Shown here one piece after another: positions 25,360 through 38,293 of a DNA stretch of 64,000 bases. The stretch's first letter is position 1, and every line of letters starts with the position of its first letter. The position numbers and the translations under genes are program-made. Below the pieces are notes generated by a model. It was not told the DNA's origin and did no database searches. It worked only from the letters and a program-made list of their open reading frames with translations. This stretch comes from Isurus oxyrinchus (taxonomy: Eukaryota). The DNA lies in NCBI GenBank assembly GCA_026770705.1, contig JANJGN010000126.1, forward strand, positions 434,001 through 498,000, read 5' to 3'.

Positions 25360-25750
25360 AACTGGAAATGAAGAAAAGGAAGGTTGGAGGGTGTGGCAGT
25401 GGCGATTAAAGATGTTACAGTCCTGGAGAGAGAGATCTTCCAGAGGGGTCAATGAAAACAATCTCACTGGCTGAAGGTAAGATGTGAAAAAGGTGCAAAA
25501 ACATTAAGCAGTGGAGTATTTAGACAACTAACCAGTTGAATGGATGCAGAGAAACAATTTTGCAAAGAAATTACAGAGAGATGCAAGAATCATACAGTAA
25601 TTATAATGTTGCACGTCAATTATCTAAATATAGACTGCAGATGAAATTCCATGCTGAGAAGTGCAATTTGATTGATGTTGGCAGCAATAATATGGGGGGA
25701 CAATGTAAAATAAAGAAATAAACTCTAAAGGAGGCACAGGAATAGAAGGG
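24954..25750 (+). mobile_element. CR1 LINE fragment (start of the ORF2 endonuclease, fused to a post-RT piece)
   Basis: LICMYVNARGVVNKIGELQAQV..YGILAITEAWL from about 25197; LQMKFHAEKCNLI at about 25635. Confidence 0.8.
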
Positions 25751-28700
25751 CATGGGATGCTGGCCTCGACAGATTTCAATTCTACACCCACTGGTACATC
25801 TCTTTATGGTCTGCCTTCAAGGCGTTGACTCCTGCTGGTACCTGTTCTAAACTTATTTATCCATCTCTCTCTCTCCCTCTCTGTCCATTCTCTCTTTGCT
25901 GCCCCGAAGCGGCTGACCTCGGCCTAGTGCAGTTTACATCTCAATGCGTTCTTGCTCTCTTCAATCCTGACTATGCTGCTCAGGCTGTTTTAAATTTGTC
26001 ATGCACAGTTACATCTCCCGTTACTCTGCTGCCATTTTTGATTCTTGCTGTTTATATTCCCAATGCCAATCTATCCTTCTCTCTTTTTCCTGAACTTGCT
26101 TATCCTTGCTGTGTTTTCTTCTACATTGATATTCTCCCACTTCTTCTTCCCCTGAAATGTTTGAAGTTGGCTGCATTAATTTCTAGACAAACGTTCTGCC
26201 CTCTCTCGCTGCTCCCCTGAAGTTGATGACTTTGGTTGAGTTCAGTTCCGCACTCAGTCGCTCTCCAGCTTCAGTGTTGTTTCAGTCTGTCCCTCTATTC
26301 TCAAAGCAGAGTATAAGTAAAGTATTTTATCTAGACGACTTGTTCTACCCACCCTAGCATCTTCATATATCCCCAGATTCTATCGATCCTAATCTCCCTT
26401 TAGAATTAAAAAGCGTACACCATTGGCCTGCCAGGGATCCGCCCATTCCAGGTCTATCCAAGTCATTTTTCATGTGAATCATTATCCTCCTCCTATTTGA
26501 AAATACCGCCAAGTTATGCGTCATTGACGAATTTTGACATTGCATCATTTACTCCAAGACCAGGTCGTCAATATAGATTTTTCAAAAGAAGACCAAACAC
26601 CAATGTTTGGGAACCGACAGTACATACTGTTTCCCCAACTGAAAAAAAAAACAACGGTTCATCGCTACTCACTGTTTCCGGTCACTTGACCAGACTCCCA
26701 TTGATGCATCTATTGTTTACTTTATACCAAGGGCTTCAGTTCTGTTAGAAAGGTTACTATGTGACAATGCATGAAATGTCTTTTTGGTGCCCATGTACAC
26801 GATCCAATGCATTACCCTCGTTAGTCTTTTTCTTTTACTTCATTAAAAAAAACAATTTACTGTGGTGAGTGCGTTTTTTTTATTTCAGTTGTACTTATTT
26901 TTTGAGGCAAACCCTAACTAAAACAGAAACTAAACTGCAAACGAACAGATGTTCAAGCAGAACAGGTGAACATAGAAGGGAAACTGATCTTCTCAGCTCC
27001 TTAGGAAAGAGAAAAACAAGCTGAGGTTCATAAATCAAGCCTTCTGTCACACTGGACCTGTTTTATAGATATATAAGCGCAGTGATTAGTCTGAGCTGAG
27101 CAAAGGCAGCTGAATGCGTCCACAGGTGCAGTAGCATTGAGAGGGCTGAGGAAGAAGGAGGCTGGATCCAAAAGCTGAGAATAAACAAATATTTAGCTGT
27201 TCAAGTTTTTTCTGTTATTTTGAGGCAGCTTTGGTCGATCTGCACCATCCAGACTGAGTTGAAAAGGTTCCGCATATGTGTCTGTTTTATGATGAAGACT
27301 GTACCCAGAAACACAGTTTGGTTGTGCTCTGCTGTCGGGTGCGCATCAGAATTGCTCCTAGAATGACGGGGCTTAAATTCCTCGTGAGGAACACAGAGCT
27401 TGATGGACCTTCTGGCTGAAAGTGATCACTACAATCTGAGTGAACTGCTGAGGCAATTCATAAGGCAACTAAATTATATACTTTTCCCATCTATAAGGAC
27501 ATCTCAGTTCAAACCACTGCCCTGCCCTTTCCCCGGACCCCTTTCCCTCCCACCCCATTCCCCCCTTCAGTAGCTTAATAATTCACTTGTCAATCTCATA
27601 ATTGAATCTTGCTCTACCACACCTTCAGGCAGTGCACTCCAGATTGATCTTTTAATGTTGAAATTATAGTTTGATTTCGACATCAATTTACCTGATAATT
27701 CATTTTTAACTCATTTTAATTTTTGATGTTAGGGTGTAAGACAGATAGAATTCAGCGTTTGCTTAGTTGACACTTGTATAGCCTACTATTTCCTATGTTA
27801 AACAGTGGACACGTAGGGGTAACATACATAATTGTTATAGATGCTTTAATAAGTAGCCATGGTTCCATATTTCTTTGCTCTTTCATGGTCTGTATGCAAA
27901 TGTGGCACATGCAGAATTTGCTTCTCATCTAGAATTGCTCTTGAACTGAATATTTCAGAGGAAAGTTGAAAGCCTTCCAGATTGCTGTGGGTCTGGAGTC
28001 ACATATAGGCTGCACCAGATCAGGTTAGAATGGCAAATTTCATTCCCTAAAGGGCATAAGTGTATCAGATTTATATTCTAACGACAACAAATGTAATTTC
28101 CATATCACCATCACTGGGATTGGTTTTAGAGCTCAGATGTATGAATTTATTTCACTAGCTATAATGGTGGGAAATGGACACGTGTCCCCAGTGCATTAGC
28201 GTTGGCTTCTAGGTTACTAGTCAAGTGGCATTACCAGTTCAGCACTATCATCTGCTGTTGAAAGCTCCTGGTCCATATTTCGATTGTGACACTAAAGACG
28301 ATTTGAATTCAAAGATTCCGCCAGGTTTAAGTCATTTAATCTTTTTTTTCCTAATTTTTCCAGTTCAACGTTTTCTATGTATTTCCCACCAACATTGAGT
28401 ATCAAATTGTCTTGTGTTTCCTTAAATTGTACCCAGAGCCTCCCTTTGAACAAGAGCGTGAATTTCACAATTCTCCAAATCTCCCACCTTCCCCTTATCT
28501 GACGGGGACTGAACGATTATGGACAGCACCTCAGTAATTTCTTCACTTATATAAACAGCTCAGAATTTGCAGCCCTGCTCATTAACTTGTGAACCTGTTA
28601 AATTTGCACGTGTTGACTGTTGATGCAGATATTTGGAGAGGGATGTAAATCCCAACGAAAGGGAAATGTTTCAAATTTTAAGATAGTTGGCTTCCTGGAT

Positions 28701-31700
28701 GGAATATCAGAGACATATTTTTTCGTTAATATGTCTTTCAGGAAGGGCTAGAATATGCAAGATGTGAAGGGGTTAGCAGCAGGAAAATGAATGAATGAAT
28801 TGAATAAAAAAACTTAGAGCAGTCAGCCCACAGGAAGCTCCAAGATTAAAGAGTGAATAAGATAGAGTGAGTAGTTGGCAGCCTGGGGAAGCAATGGGGA
28901 AATGGAGCTGTGGATATGTGGTGTGGCTGTGGTGAAAGGAATGAATGTATCAGAGGATGCTTTGTGCATGTATTGTATCAGGATGACAAGATGTAGAAAA
29001 AAATAGTTTTCTGAAACTGACAATGCGAATCGAAGGACGGTACATGAACCAGGGGAATCCTTCCATACTGCAAATTGTGAGGTCATATTAGTATTTGGGG
29101 ACTCAGAATGCAGGATGCAAGAATGCAATTCACTACTATCTACGTTTGACATCTGTGGTATATTTCCTTCCTGATGCCTGTTTAAGGGGCATTATGGAGA
29201 AGGTGCAGAACGCTCTGTGTGTCGGGGAAGAATGTGCTGTTCATATCAGAACCAATTCCATAATGAGAAATATGCAGAGACCGTTTAAGTCGGAGTATAA
29301 GGAACTGAGGCGGTTACAATTCAAAATAAATAATTACTCAAGTACTCCTAATGCAACACAATAACGAGAGTAAAAATGGGCGTAGAAGGCAGATTAATAC
29401 ACGGTTGCAGGCATGATGCAACAGGGAGGGCTTGAGGTTCCTGAGACATTCGGATCAGCTGAAGAGTGGGAGGATAGGGCTCAAGGTTTATGGGTTACAA
29501 CTCAGAAGGCTGAACGCTCTCTTCGCAGGAAGTATAACTATGATAGTGTGGATGGAGTAACCTAATGAGGCACAGGGTGGAGAGCAACGTGTTAGATTAA
29601 GTAGAAAATGTAAAACAAGGTGAAGGCAGGAAGGAGGAGACAGTTAGATGAAAGCAACATACCGGGGTGCTGAAAATCTGAAATATAAACAGAAATTGCA
29701 GGAAATAAAAACTGAACAGTTCTGAGAAGAAATGTGGAGAAAGAAATCTGAATAAACGTTGGGAGTTGAATGACTCCTCTTTAGCAACATGGGAAATGAA
29801 GTTCCAAAGTATAACCATTGGACTCGAAACATTAGCCCTGGTGCTTTCAATATGCATGTTTCCAGATCCGCCATGTTTTTTTTTAACCCGCTAGCATTAG
29901 AAACAGCATAGCGTTTTGGGGATTTTAGAAAACACCACCATCTCTAACTTTACTTTGTCGTTCACATTTGCACATGTACAATGGGTCATTAAGCAGGCTG
30001 GGAACACATATAGCCAAGTGAGAACATTATCTGGTGTCAATATTTAAAATCGAGCTCAAAGAGAAGGAGGGTTCAATGCTTCATGTCCCAGGATTCAATT
30101 TATTCAGGAAATATTGAAAGAAAGGCAGTGTTTTTTTTTATTATTTAGGGCAATATTACAGTGTCGAAATGCAGAGGCAGCCATTTTAGATTGCTGTTCG
30201 GCAATTGTTTCTGATAAATGATTCAAAGCTGTCAAATGGCTGGTTGGTTAATGAGATAAACACGCCTTAAAGAAACGTATTCCATTTTAAACCAGCTTGA
30301 ACAGTTTCGAGATGCTGACTAGCCTGCATTCACCTCATCAATATCTCCTGAGCTGTGATTGAACAGTGCAAATAAATAATTTCAATTGGGAAATACGTAC
30401 ATATGAATTAGGGACACAAGTAGCCCCTTCAGCATCTCTGGTTTGGTCTAACTTTAAATAATGTCACAGCTGATGTGAGTGTGGCCTCAACTCCGCATTC
30501 TGTGTACCTCTCTCCTCCACCTGAGAACCTTTGACTCGCTGCTTAGTCAAGAATGCATCTCTCTCTACCTTAAAAACATTGAATGACCCTGCTTCAACTG
30601 CTCTCCACAGAAAAGAGTTTCAAACAGTCAGCGCCCTCCGAGAGAAAAAAAGGGGGAAAAATCTTCTCATCTCCATCTTAAACTCTCTCTCCTAGTTCTG
30701 GTCCCTCCCACAGAGGGAATCACAATTTCAGCATCCACCCTGTCAAGTCCCTTAAGGATCATATATGTTTCACGAAGCTCATCTCTCTATCTTCTAAACT
30801 CCAATGCTTACAGTCCCAGGCCTGAACAAACTGTCCTCATAAAATAAGCCTCACACCCCGTCCCAGCTATCAGTCGAATAAACATTTTACGAGAACATGT
30901 GTTACAGGTTTTCATCTACACTGTCAATCCAGAATCAGTCATGACATGAAGGAGCAGGAGACGGTGGAAGGAAAGCAAACTGAAGGGACCTGAAATATGA
31001 ATGGATTTTGTTCAAGACTTCAGAGACTGCTAGGTGAAGCAGGTCATGAGAAACTGAAAAAGTTTATTGAAATACAAGACAGAATCAGCGAAAGATCGAA
31101 TATTACATGTCACAAGCATCTTAAACAGAGCACGTGGATTATGCAGTAAACAAATAATAATCTGATGTAAATTAGATTATGTGTAGTGAAGTGCGGTGTC
31201 CATAAGTAACTTCCGAAATGATAACTCAATTGGCAAACCTAGTGTAGCAATGAGTGGGTAGTAAATTTCTTCTAAATCATAAATTGTCCAAAGTTTCTGG
31301 ACTTGAATTGGAAGGTTCCAGAAAATAATTTGACTGTTTGTGGTATCCAAAGATTATGGTTTGTAACTAAACACCGGTACTCACAGCAAAAATAATATCT
31401 ATTTATAATACATAGGAACTCCCTAGTGAGGCAATACAACTACACACTGGTTTACATTAATTACAGTCAAGGACCAAACAACGTGAATTCATGCTTTTAT
31501 CCCATGATTTTCTATTTTATAGTACATCAAAAATAACGTGCCATGTAAACAGAGTCAATTTAGCCAAAATGAATAAAATAACTTTAAAAAAGCAACTTTG
31601 AGAGACAAATTAGCTGAACAATGCAGTCTCACAGCAACTGGTCTGAATGGAACAGATTCATGTACATGATAATCAGTGTCCATGTGATATCATGTTACCA

Positions 31701-31789
31701 TGCCATATCAGGCTTCCAAATTAAACGATTATCTAACAACTTCACAGAGTTGAAAGAGGCAGATCAAGTTGTGGTTAATAAGGACAAAC

Positions 31790-32540
31790 GGGAATTGATA
31801 ATACATGGCTAGTATGGATAAACGGGGACTGCGAATATGTAAATTATTAAGGACACAAGGGGGCTAATAATAACGTGAGGTTTGAAAATGCAATGGTCTG
31901 TAAGGGAACATTGGAACTGTCAACGAAGTGACCTGTAGTTAAGCATGGTGATTGTTAAAGCAAATCAGTGATCAAATACGCGTGTTAAAATTGAATGATC
32001 AGGATGGATACATGGGGCAAGGCAATCGAATGGCCTGGAATGATGGATGGGAAACGTTAATACAATGGTCTTGAAGGATACTTTGGGACTGAGAATTAAA
32101 TGCTTAGTAGAATAGATGGGGAGCAAGAGTCTGTGAATGCAAGAATACAGACTACTGAACTTTCAATAAGGGTATATGATGACAGAAAATTCTATGGTCC
32201 GTCAGGATACTTGTATGATGATTGAATTGGCAGTAAGGTTACGTGGAGACGAAGAATCCAAAGGTACAATCCGAGATATGGAGACTGATAATAACGGGTT
32301 CACTCAGAAATCCAGGACTAACAATGACGTGGTCAGCAAGAATATATGACGACTAATAAAGAATTAGCAGCCAAGGCATATGGGGCTCTTAATTCAGTGG
32401 TCAGCAAGGATACATTTGGAGCAATCATGAAAGTACATTTCAGAAACATGGGAACTGATGAACGAATGGTCAGTGAGGATACATAGGGACTGTTAATTAA
32501 GTGGGAATTTAGGGCACATGGAACTGTTGCGGTGTCCACG
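31790..32540. repeat. Degenerate ~34-bp minisatellite
   Basis: TGGTC-anchored units at 31894, 32066, 32195, 32330, 32398 and 32467; approximate consensus AATGGTCAGTAAGGATACATGGGGACTGATAATG. Confidence 0.6.
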
Positions 32541-32744
32541 TTGGCAGGATAGTGGAGAACAAAAAGCACTATTATATTTAAATTGAAAGATATTGCAGAA
32601 TTCTGCTGCACAGAGGGAGCTTTGTGTTCTGCTACATGAATAACAAAAGGAAAGCTGGAATCCAGATGCAACAATTGATGTGGATGGCAAATGGATTGCT
32701 GTTGCTAACTGCAAGGGGAAGGAGGAATATAGATTTAGGTACCA

Positions 32745-33125
32745 CAAATAAAAAATACCTGGAAAAACTCAGCAGGTATGGCAGCATCTGCGGAGAGGAA
32801 CACAGTTAATGTTTCGAGTCCGTATGACTCTTCAACAGAACTAAGTAAAAAGAGAAAAGAGGTGAAATATAAGCTGGATTAAGTGGGGTATCGGGGGGAT
32901 GGGGAACAGGTATAGCCGGATAGAGGGCCTGTGATAGGTGGATATAACCAAATGATGTCACAGACAAAAGTACAAAGAAGTGTTGAAGGTGGTGATATTA
33001 TCTAAGTAATGTTCTAATTAAGGGTAGAAAGCTGGACAAGCAAGGTACAGATAGCTCTAGTGGGGATGGGGTGGGGTAAAGGGAAGGGATCGAAATAGGC
33101 TAAAAGGCAGCGATAAAACAATGAA
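32745..33125 (-). mobile_element. Penelope-like 3' repeat with hammerhead-like motif at 32804-32842
   Basis: Reverse complement of 2330-2690. The motif reads AGTT-CTGTTGA-A-GAGTC-atacg-GACTC-GAAACATT-AACT on the minus strand. Confidence 0.75.
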
Positions 33126-35228
33126 GCTATCCAACCCACTAATGATGTGGGAAATAATTGACACATTCTGGTGATATAGACAGACACATAACAGGTTACA
33201 CTCTTGGAGAAGTATTAAATTATCCATTTTGGTAGGTATAGTGAGAAAGGTAATATGGATTAAATGCGCAATATTATCAGGGGGCAAGAGCTCCTGAGTT
33301 TAAATGAAGCCAAAATTTGTAGGTCGCAGGATGAACAGAGATGGTTTCTCAGGACCATAGATTTCCTAATGGAGGAATACGTACAAGAGGAATGATTTTC
33401 CTCTAAGCCCTTGTCAAATACTGGGTGCTAGTCCAGATTTAGGGTTTTTGGTGTAATTAATATATTACGTGCTAAGTAAGAGATCGGCCATTTAGAGCTG
33501 AGGTGGCAATAAATGTTCACACTCAGAGAATTGTGAATCATTGGAAATCTCGACCGCAAATGGACTGTAGGTCTAGTCAAGAGAGAAATCGATAAATCAA
33601 AGAGAATCAAATAAATGTTGCAGGGAATTTCAGTCAATAATTTTAGTCATGATTCTAGCGAATGACAAATGAGCCTGGAGTTTCAAAATAACGTCATCTT
33701 GCTTCTGTATCTTATCTATTTTATCCATATGAATAGGATAGAAAAATATTAATTCTAACATTCTCTGCTCGTTTTCGTCGTCTAGAATAGAACAGAGATG
33801 GTGATATGTGGTATGTGTTTCATCCTGACGCCTTTGTGAGACATGTGACAAATATGGCAAACATTTCCTTTTATCGATGTGTTGTAATTTTAGTGAATGG
33901 TCTCCCTTTATGTTAAAATTATAAGTTATCTGACAATTTAATATGTTCAAGGCCATATGTTCGCATTCATGGTCATTACCCACACATAGAAAAATATTAC
34001 TGATAACAATTTCTCATATAGATTTTCAAAGATTTTATGCAGGTTTAAAATGTAATACCTTTGAAGGCAGGTATAGGATAAGCAAACTGCGTATGAAAAC
34101 ATATTTCATGACGTTTTAACATAATGCATTTTAAATTTATGGGTTTCAATATTATTGCCATTGTTTGTGATGTATCATTAAATTCGATTTTCCACCTAGT
34201 TGAAATCCGTCTCCAGTTGTTTCTGAGTGTTTTGATGAGCAAAAACGCATCATTAACAATGTTAACGGTGTGAATTTTAGAATAGCTCTGAAATTAGTCA
34301 TCGGTTTGGCACTGACATTTTTTTCTTCTGAGCTCAGGTGTAGTTTTGACGCTTTGAAAGTTTGAAGTTGCAGAAGGATTTTATTCATCCTTTACATTTA
34401 AAGAGCATTTCGGGAAACACAAGTTTCTGGAGAATTCCTATTACAGCTCCCTGGTTGAAGAGGAATGGCTGATTCGTACCTGCCCTAATATCAACTCTTT
34501 GACCGTTACTTTCTCTCTTATTACATGTTACGTGTTCCAGGACATTACTTCTCCCAGTTTAGCTGCGAAAAAAATCAGCTTTAGCAAGGATCACTGAAAA
34601 AACTTTGCCCTTGGCTGAACTGCCAATCTAATCATTCAACGGAAGACAATTAAGCGCCCAACAGGGACTCCCCGCATTTCTTATGTCACCTGCCTCGATG
34701 GAGGCATTTTCTGAAGGTATACCGTGTGGAGCTGAAGGTTACCACATAACCAAGAGAGATGAAGACTAGCTCATTCCTGACATATCTATAGTAAGCAAAG
34801 TGACCTCCCAAGCAGGGAAATCTGCCCTTGATTGAACTGATCTACCTTAACCGCTTAGAAATGCTTTCTATGAAAGTGTGCACTACTCACTGAAACTCAC
34901 GTCAACGACAAAGTTTTTTAAAAAATCACTATAATGTCAACCCAGTCCTTGCTGAAGTCTTTCTTTACTATTTCACTAGAGATGCACCAGAGAAATATGA
35001 CTTTCATGTTTGGATCGATAACTGGGAAATTAAGTCTAACTGATTCCACTTTATAAGCCATATTGGTACATTTGAGGCTTTGGTACACTTTGCAAATATT
35101 TATCTGAACTGCTATATTATATTTATCCTGTGACCCTGACAGCACACCGTATAGCGAGTGCTGTTCTTCTCACTACCAGGCTCCATAGTCGCAATGAGAG
35201 CTTACCTCCAAGTCACAAGGGCCTATCA

Positions 35229-35267
35229 AGTTACTGTATGATTGTCGGGCTGGTTCTAATCGCTGTG
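35229..35267 (-). other. 23-bp-spacer recombination signal sequence of the V pseudogene
   Basis: Minus strand: CACAGCG + 23 nt + ACAGTAACT, directly after YYCVLT. Confidence 0.85.
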
Positions 35268-35721
35268 AGCGTCAATACGCAGTAATACATAGGCTGCGTC
35301 AGAGAGCCGCAGTTTGGAGAATTTTAAGATAATGATGGTATTCGTAGTGACCAGTACAGACGGGAAAAGGCTTCGAGCAGAACGTGCTCTCATTTGGTAA
35401 CCAGCCGAAATCTTGCGTAGTAGAATTTGTAATTATTTGCCCGGATATTACAGGACCCAGAATAAGCTGAAGGAACACTTGGTACTGAAGTAGAAGCATT
35501 CTGAAGTTGTAATGCTTCCTTTTGTCCAAACCACTGTCAGGAGGCGTTGTGTCACAGAGATTTCCTGAGTCAGGCCAGCTTTAAATGGAAAATAAAATCA
35601 AAAGCTAACCCATTTTTAAAGTGCTGTTACGTTTGGTTCAAAATTACTTCCAAGAATACTTACCCGTGATAAGTGCTCCAAACACGGCACCGAAAAGGAG
35701 TAAGCGCGCTGCCGCTTTCAT
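35268..35721 (-). pseudogene. T-cell receptor alpha/delta V gene segment pseudogene (leader 35721-35664, intron 85 nt, V exon 35578-35268)
   Basis: Leader MKAAARLLLFGAVFGALIT, GTAAGT donor and AG acceptor in phase 1. V exon GLTQEISVTQ..SECFYFSTKCSFSLFWVL*YPGK*LQILLRK..LKFSKLRLSDAA/MYYCVLT, with TAA at 35450-35448 and 35435-35433 and a +1 frameshift at about 35291. Not visible in the ORF track. Confidence 0.88.
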
Positions 35722-38254
35722 TAACGTGTATTAACATAGTAACCTAGAGAAACTGGCACAAATTGACCTCTGAAACTAGCCGCATTGAGGATCGATGTTC
35801 CTTTCTTGTGTCCCCACTCATATGTCGTAATGTTCAATCTTTGCGGTTAAACAGGGCTACGAGTCTCCAGGCAATGAGCAAGCAAATGTTACAATCGCCC
35901 GAGCTGCAAGCATCAAAAATCCAAACAGGATAACGAATTTATTCAGAGGGAAGGAAGCAATATATTTTTACAGCATCAAATTTAGATTATTCGCTCTCGA
36001 CGCATGTGTGAACTTGTTGCAATGACTAACAGCCGGAAATTACGATTGAATTTCACCAAGTACATTGAAGTTCACCAACATATTATATATAACGTAGCGT
36101 GTCACAGAGCATGGCAGAAGTCATTAACTTGCAGGGAATATTTTGTAAATATTGAACCTTTGTTTTTTTGTTTGAGTTCCATTAGAGGCACCAGGATATT
36201 AGAGTCCGGCATGGATTTCACAAAAAATAAATAAGGGACATAATAAAAGGTTTCCCCTGTGGACAATTCTGTTGCATTATTTGTTAGCAACTGCTCATCA
36301 AAACGATACTTTGTATTTTACTTCCTTCTGTGACATTAACAAGCGCAATAATTTGCATAGGCAATGAAATGCTAACGATATCGCTTTTGCCACAGCAAAG
36401 CTTCCATGAGACGTAAAACACATTTGGGCATTTTTAACTGTTGAGGTTATGTTAAAACCAACTCGTGAGATGACGCTTCTCGCTGCTGCTGTAACCTGGG
36501 AGTGACAGTTGCGGTACAAGGTGGGACAGAACGAGACAGGTGCACTTCCGGCTCTAACACCGGCTCCTTATCTCCAACTGAGTGGTGAAAGAAGAAAAAG
36601 GCTGAATGGAAAGTAGGGCAATTCTATGAGACAAAATATTCATAGAAAATGATTCAACATTTGAAAACACTGGTGACACCACATGTTCACTCTCCAAGTA
36701 CATTTCTGGGGAACTGATTATAGAATTTTTTTTTTAAATAAAGGACATGAATTAGGATCAGAACAGACAAGGGGGTGGGGAATGTTTTCATGGAAAACAT
36801 GAAACTAAGGCTGCTCTTTACGTACTTTAAGTGTAAAGTTACGCTGTGCAACATCACCTCTTAGAGACCAGACAATGGCTTAGTAGCAATGTCACTAGAG
36901 TGATATCTGAGAGATTCAGGCTCATATTTGGAGGATGCATATTCAAATCCCACCACGGAAAGCTGGTAAAATTAACAAAATGAGAATTCATTTCAATGAT
37001 CGTGTCTGTGAATTGTCAGTGATTGTTCACTCATATCTTTCAGGGAAGGAAGTCTGTCACCCTTACCTGGTCTGGCCTCTATGTGACTCCAGATTGATTG
37101 ATAACTGCCCTTTGATGAAACACCCTAACAAGCCATTCAGCTCAGTGACATTTAGGAATGGACAGCTTACGCAGGTCTTGCCAGCGATGCCGACATCCTA
37201 TGAAACAAATAAAATAAATTTAGGAAGCACGTCAGGAAACTTTAGCCCAGCAAGGTCCCAAAAAGCAGCAATGTGATCCTGATGATATCACCCCTTTTTA
37301 TTATATTGGTTGAAAATAGATGTTCACCAACAGATCAGGCAGATCTTTAGTTTCCTCCCTTCCATCCTACTCACCTTCCTAACTTCATCCTTCCTCTCCC
37401 CTTCCTGATTTCGTTCTTCCATTCCAGCATTCCTATCTCCATTCCTCCCATCGAAATTCTTCAATATGTAATGTGAAGTTTTCACTGTCACAACTGAACG
37501 TTGCAGCCCACAACTGATACACCACAACTGTTCTGTTATTGAGCAGAATCCGTGTGACTTTAACACTGTCTCTTCCTGCGCACACAGATATACCGCGGAG
37601 TACCAAGTTACAGACTTGTGAATATCAAATGCAGTTTGCCATTTTATACAATAGGTATTGATGTTGAATCTGCAGGCCGCGTGTTCGCTGTCAAATGGTG
37701 GGATGAGCCGCATTTGCATTAAACGAAATCAAAAATAAAAATACATCTAAAAACCTCAACTTTTCTGACAGCATCTGCTGGGAGGAACACAGTTATTGTT
37801 TCGAGTCCGCATGACTCTTCAACAGAACGTGCCTGCTGTCCGAATAAACGCATGCAAATAGTTATAGTTTCTTCATCTTTGTCACTTCCCAATGTTGACA
37901 ACATATTCCACTATTAAAGTCATGTTCAAACGGAGTCTGCAGCTCTGCCGGCATGAAGTATTAATTCAGGGCACTGGGAGACCTGCAATGCCCTTCTTGA
38001 AATATGCCATCATTTATGTGTAACGGAGGCAGCAAACGGTGCTTCAGTACAATACATTCGAAAGATCTCAATGTTCTACACCGAAACGCCAGTCTACATT
38101 AAAAACGCAATCTCCGGACTGGGACTTTAAATAACATTTTCTGATTCTGAGGCCAGAGTGCTACCACTGATCCACAAATCTGTAAAGGAATAACAGCAGT
38201 GCGACGGCTGATTGAAGCAGGGAATTCAGAGAATTCACAACAACTGGAGCTGAT

Positions 38255-38293
38255 AGTTTTTGTACCAGTGGTAAGGATTTATGTAACGTGGTG
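38255..38293 (-). other. Recombination signal sequence of the open V segment (non-canonical heptamer)
   Basis: Minus strand: CACCACG + 23 nt + ACAAAAACT; the nonamer matches consensus at 8/9, the heptamer keeps only CAC and the last G. Confidence 0.75.

Noticed and set aside
30900-31260. Acceptor-like site followed by partly open purine-rich sequence
   Set aside because: All frames contain stops and I recognised no protein family.
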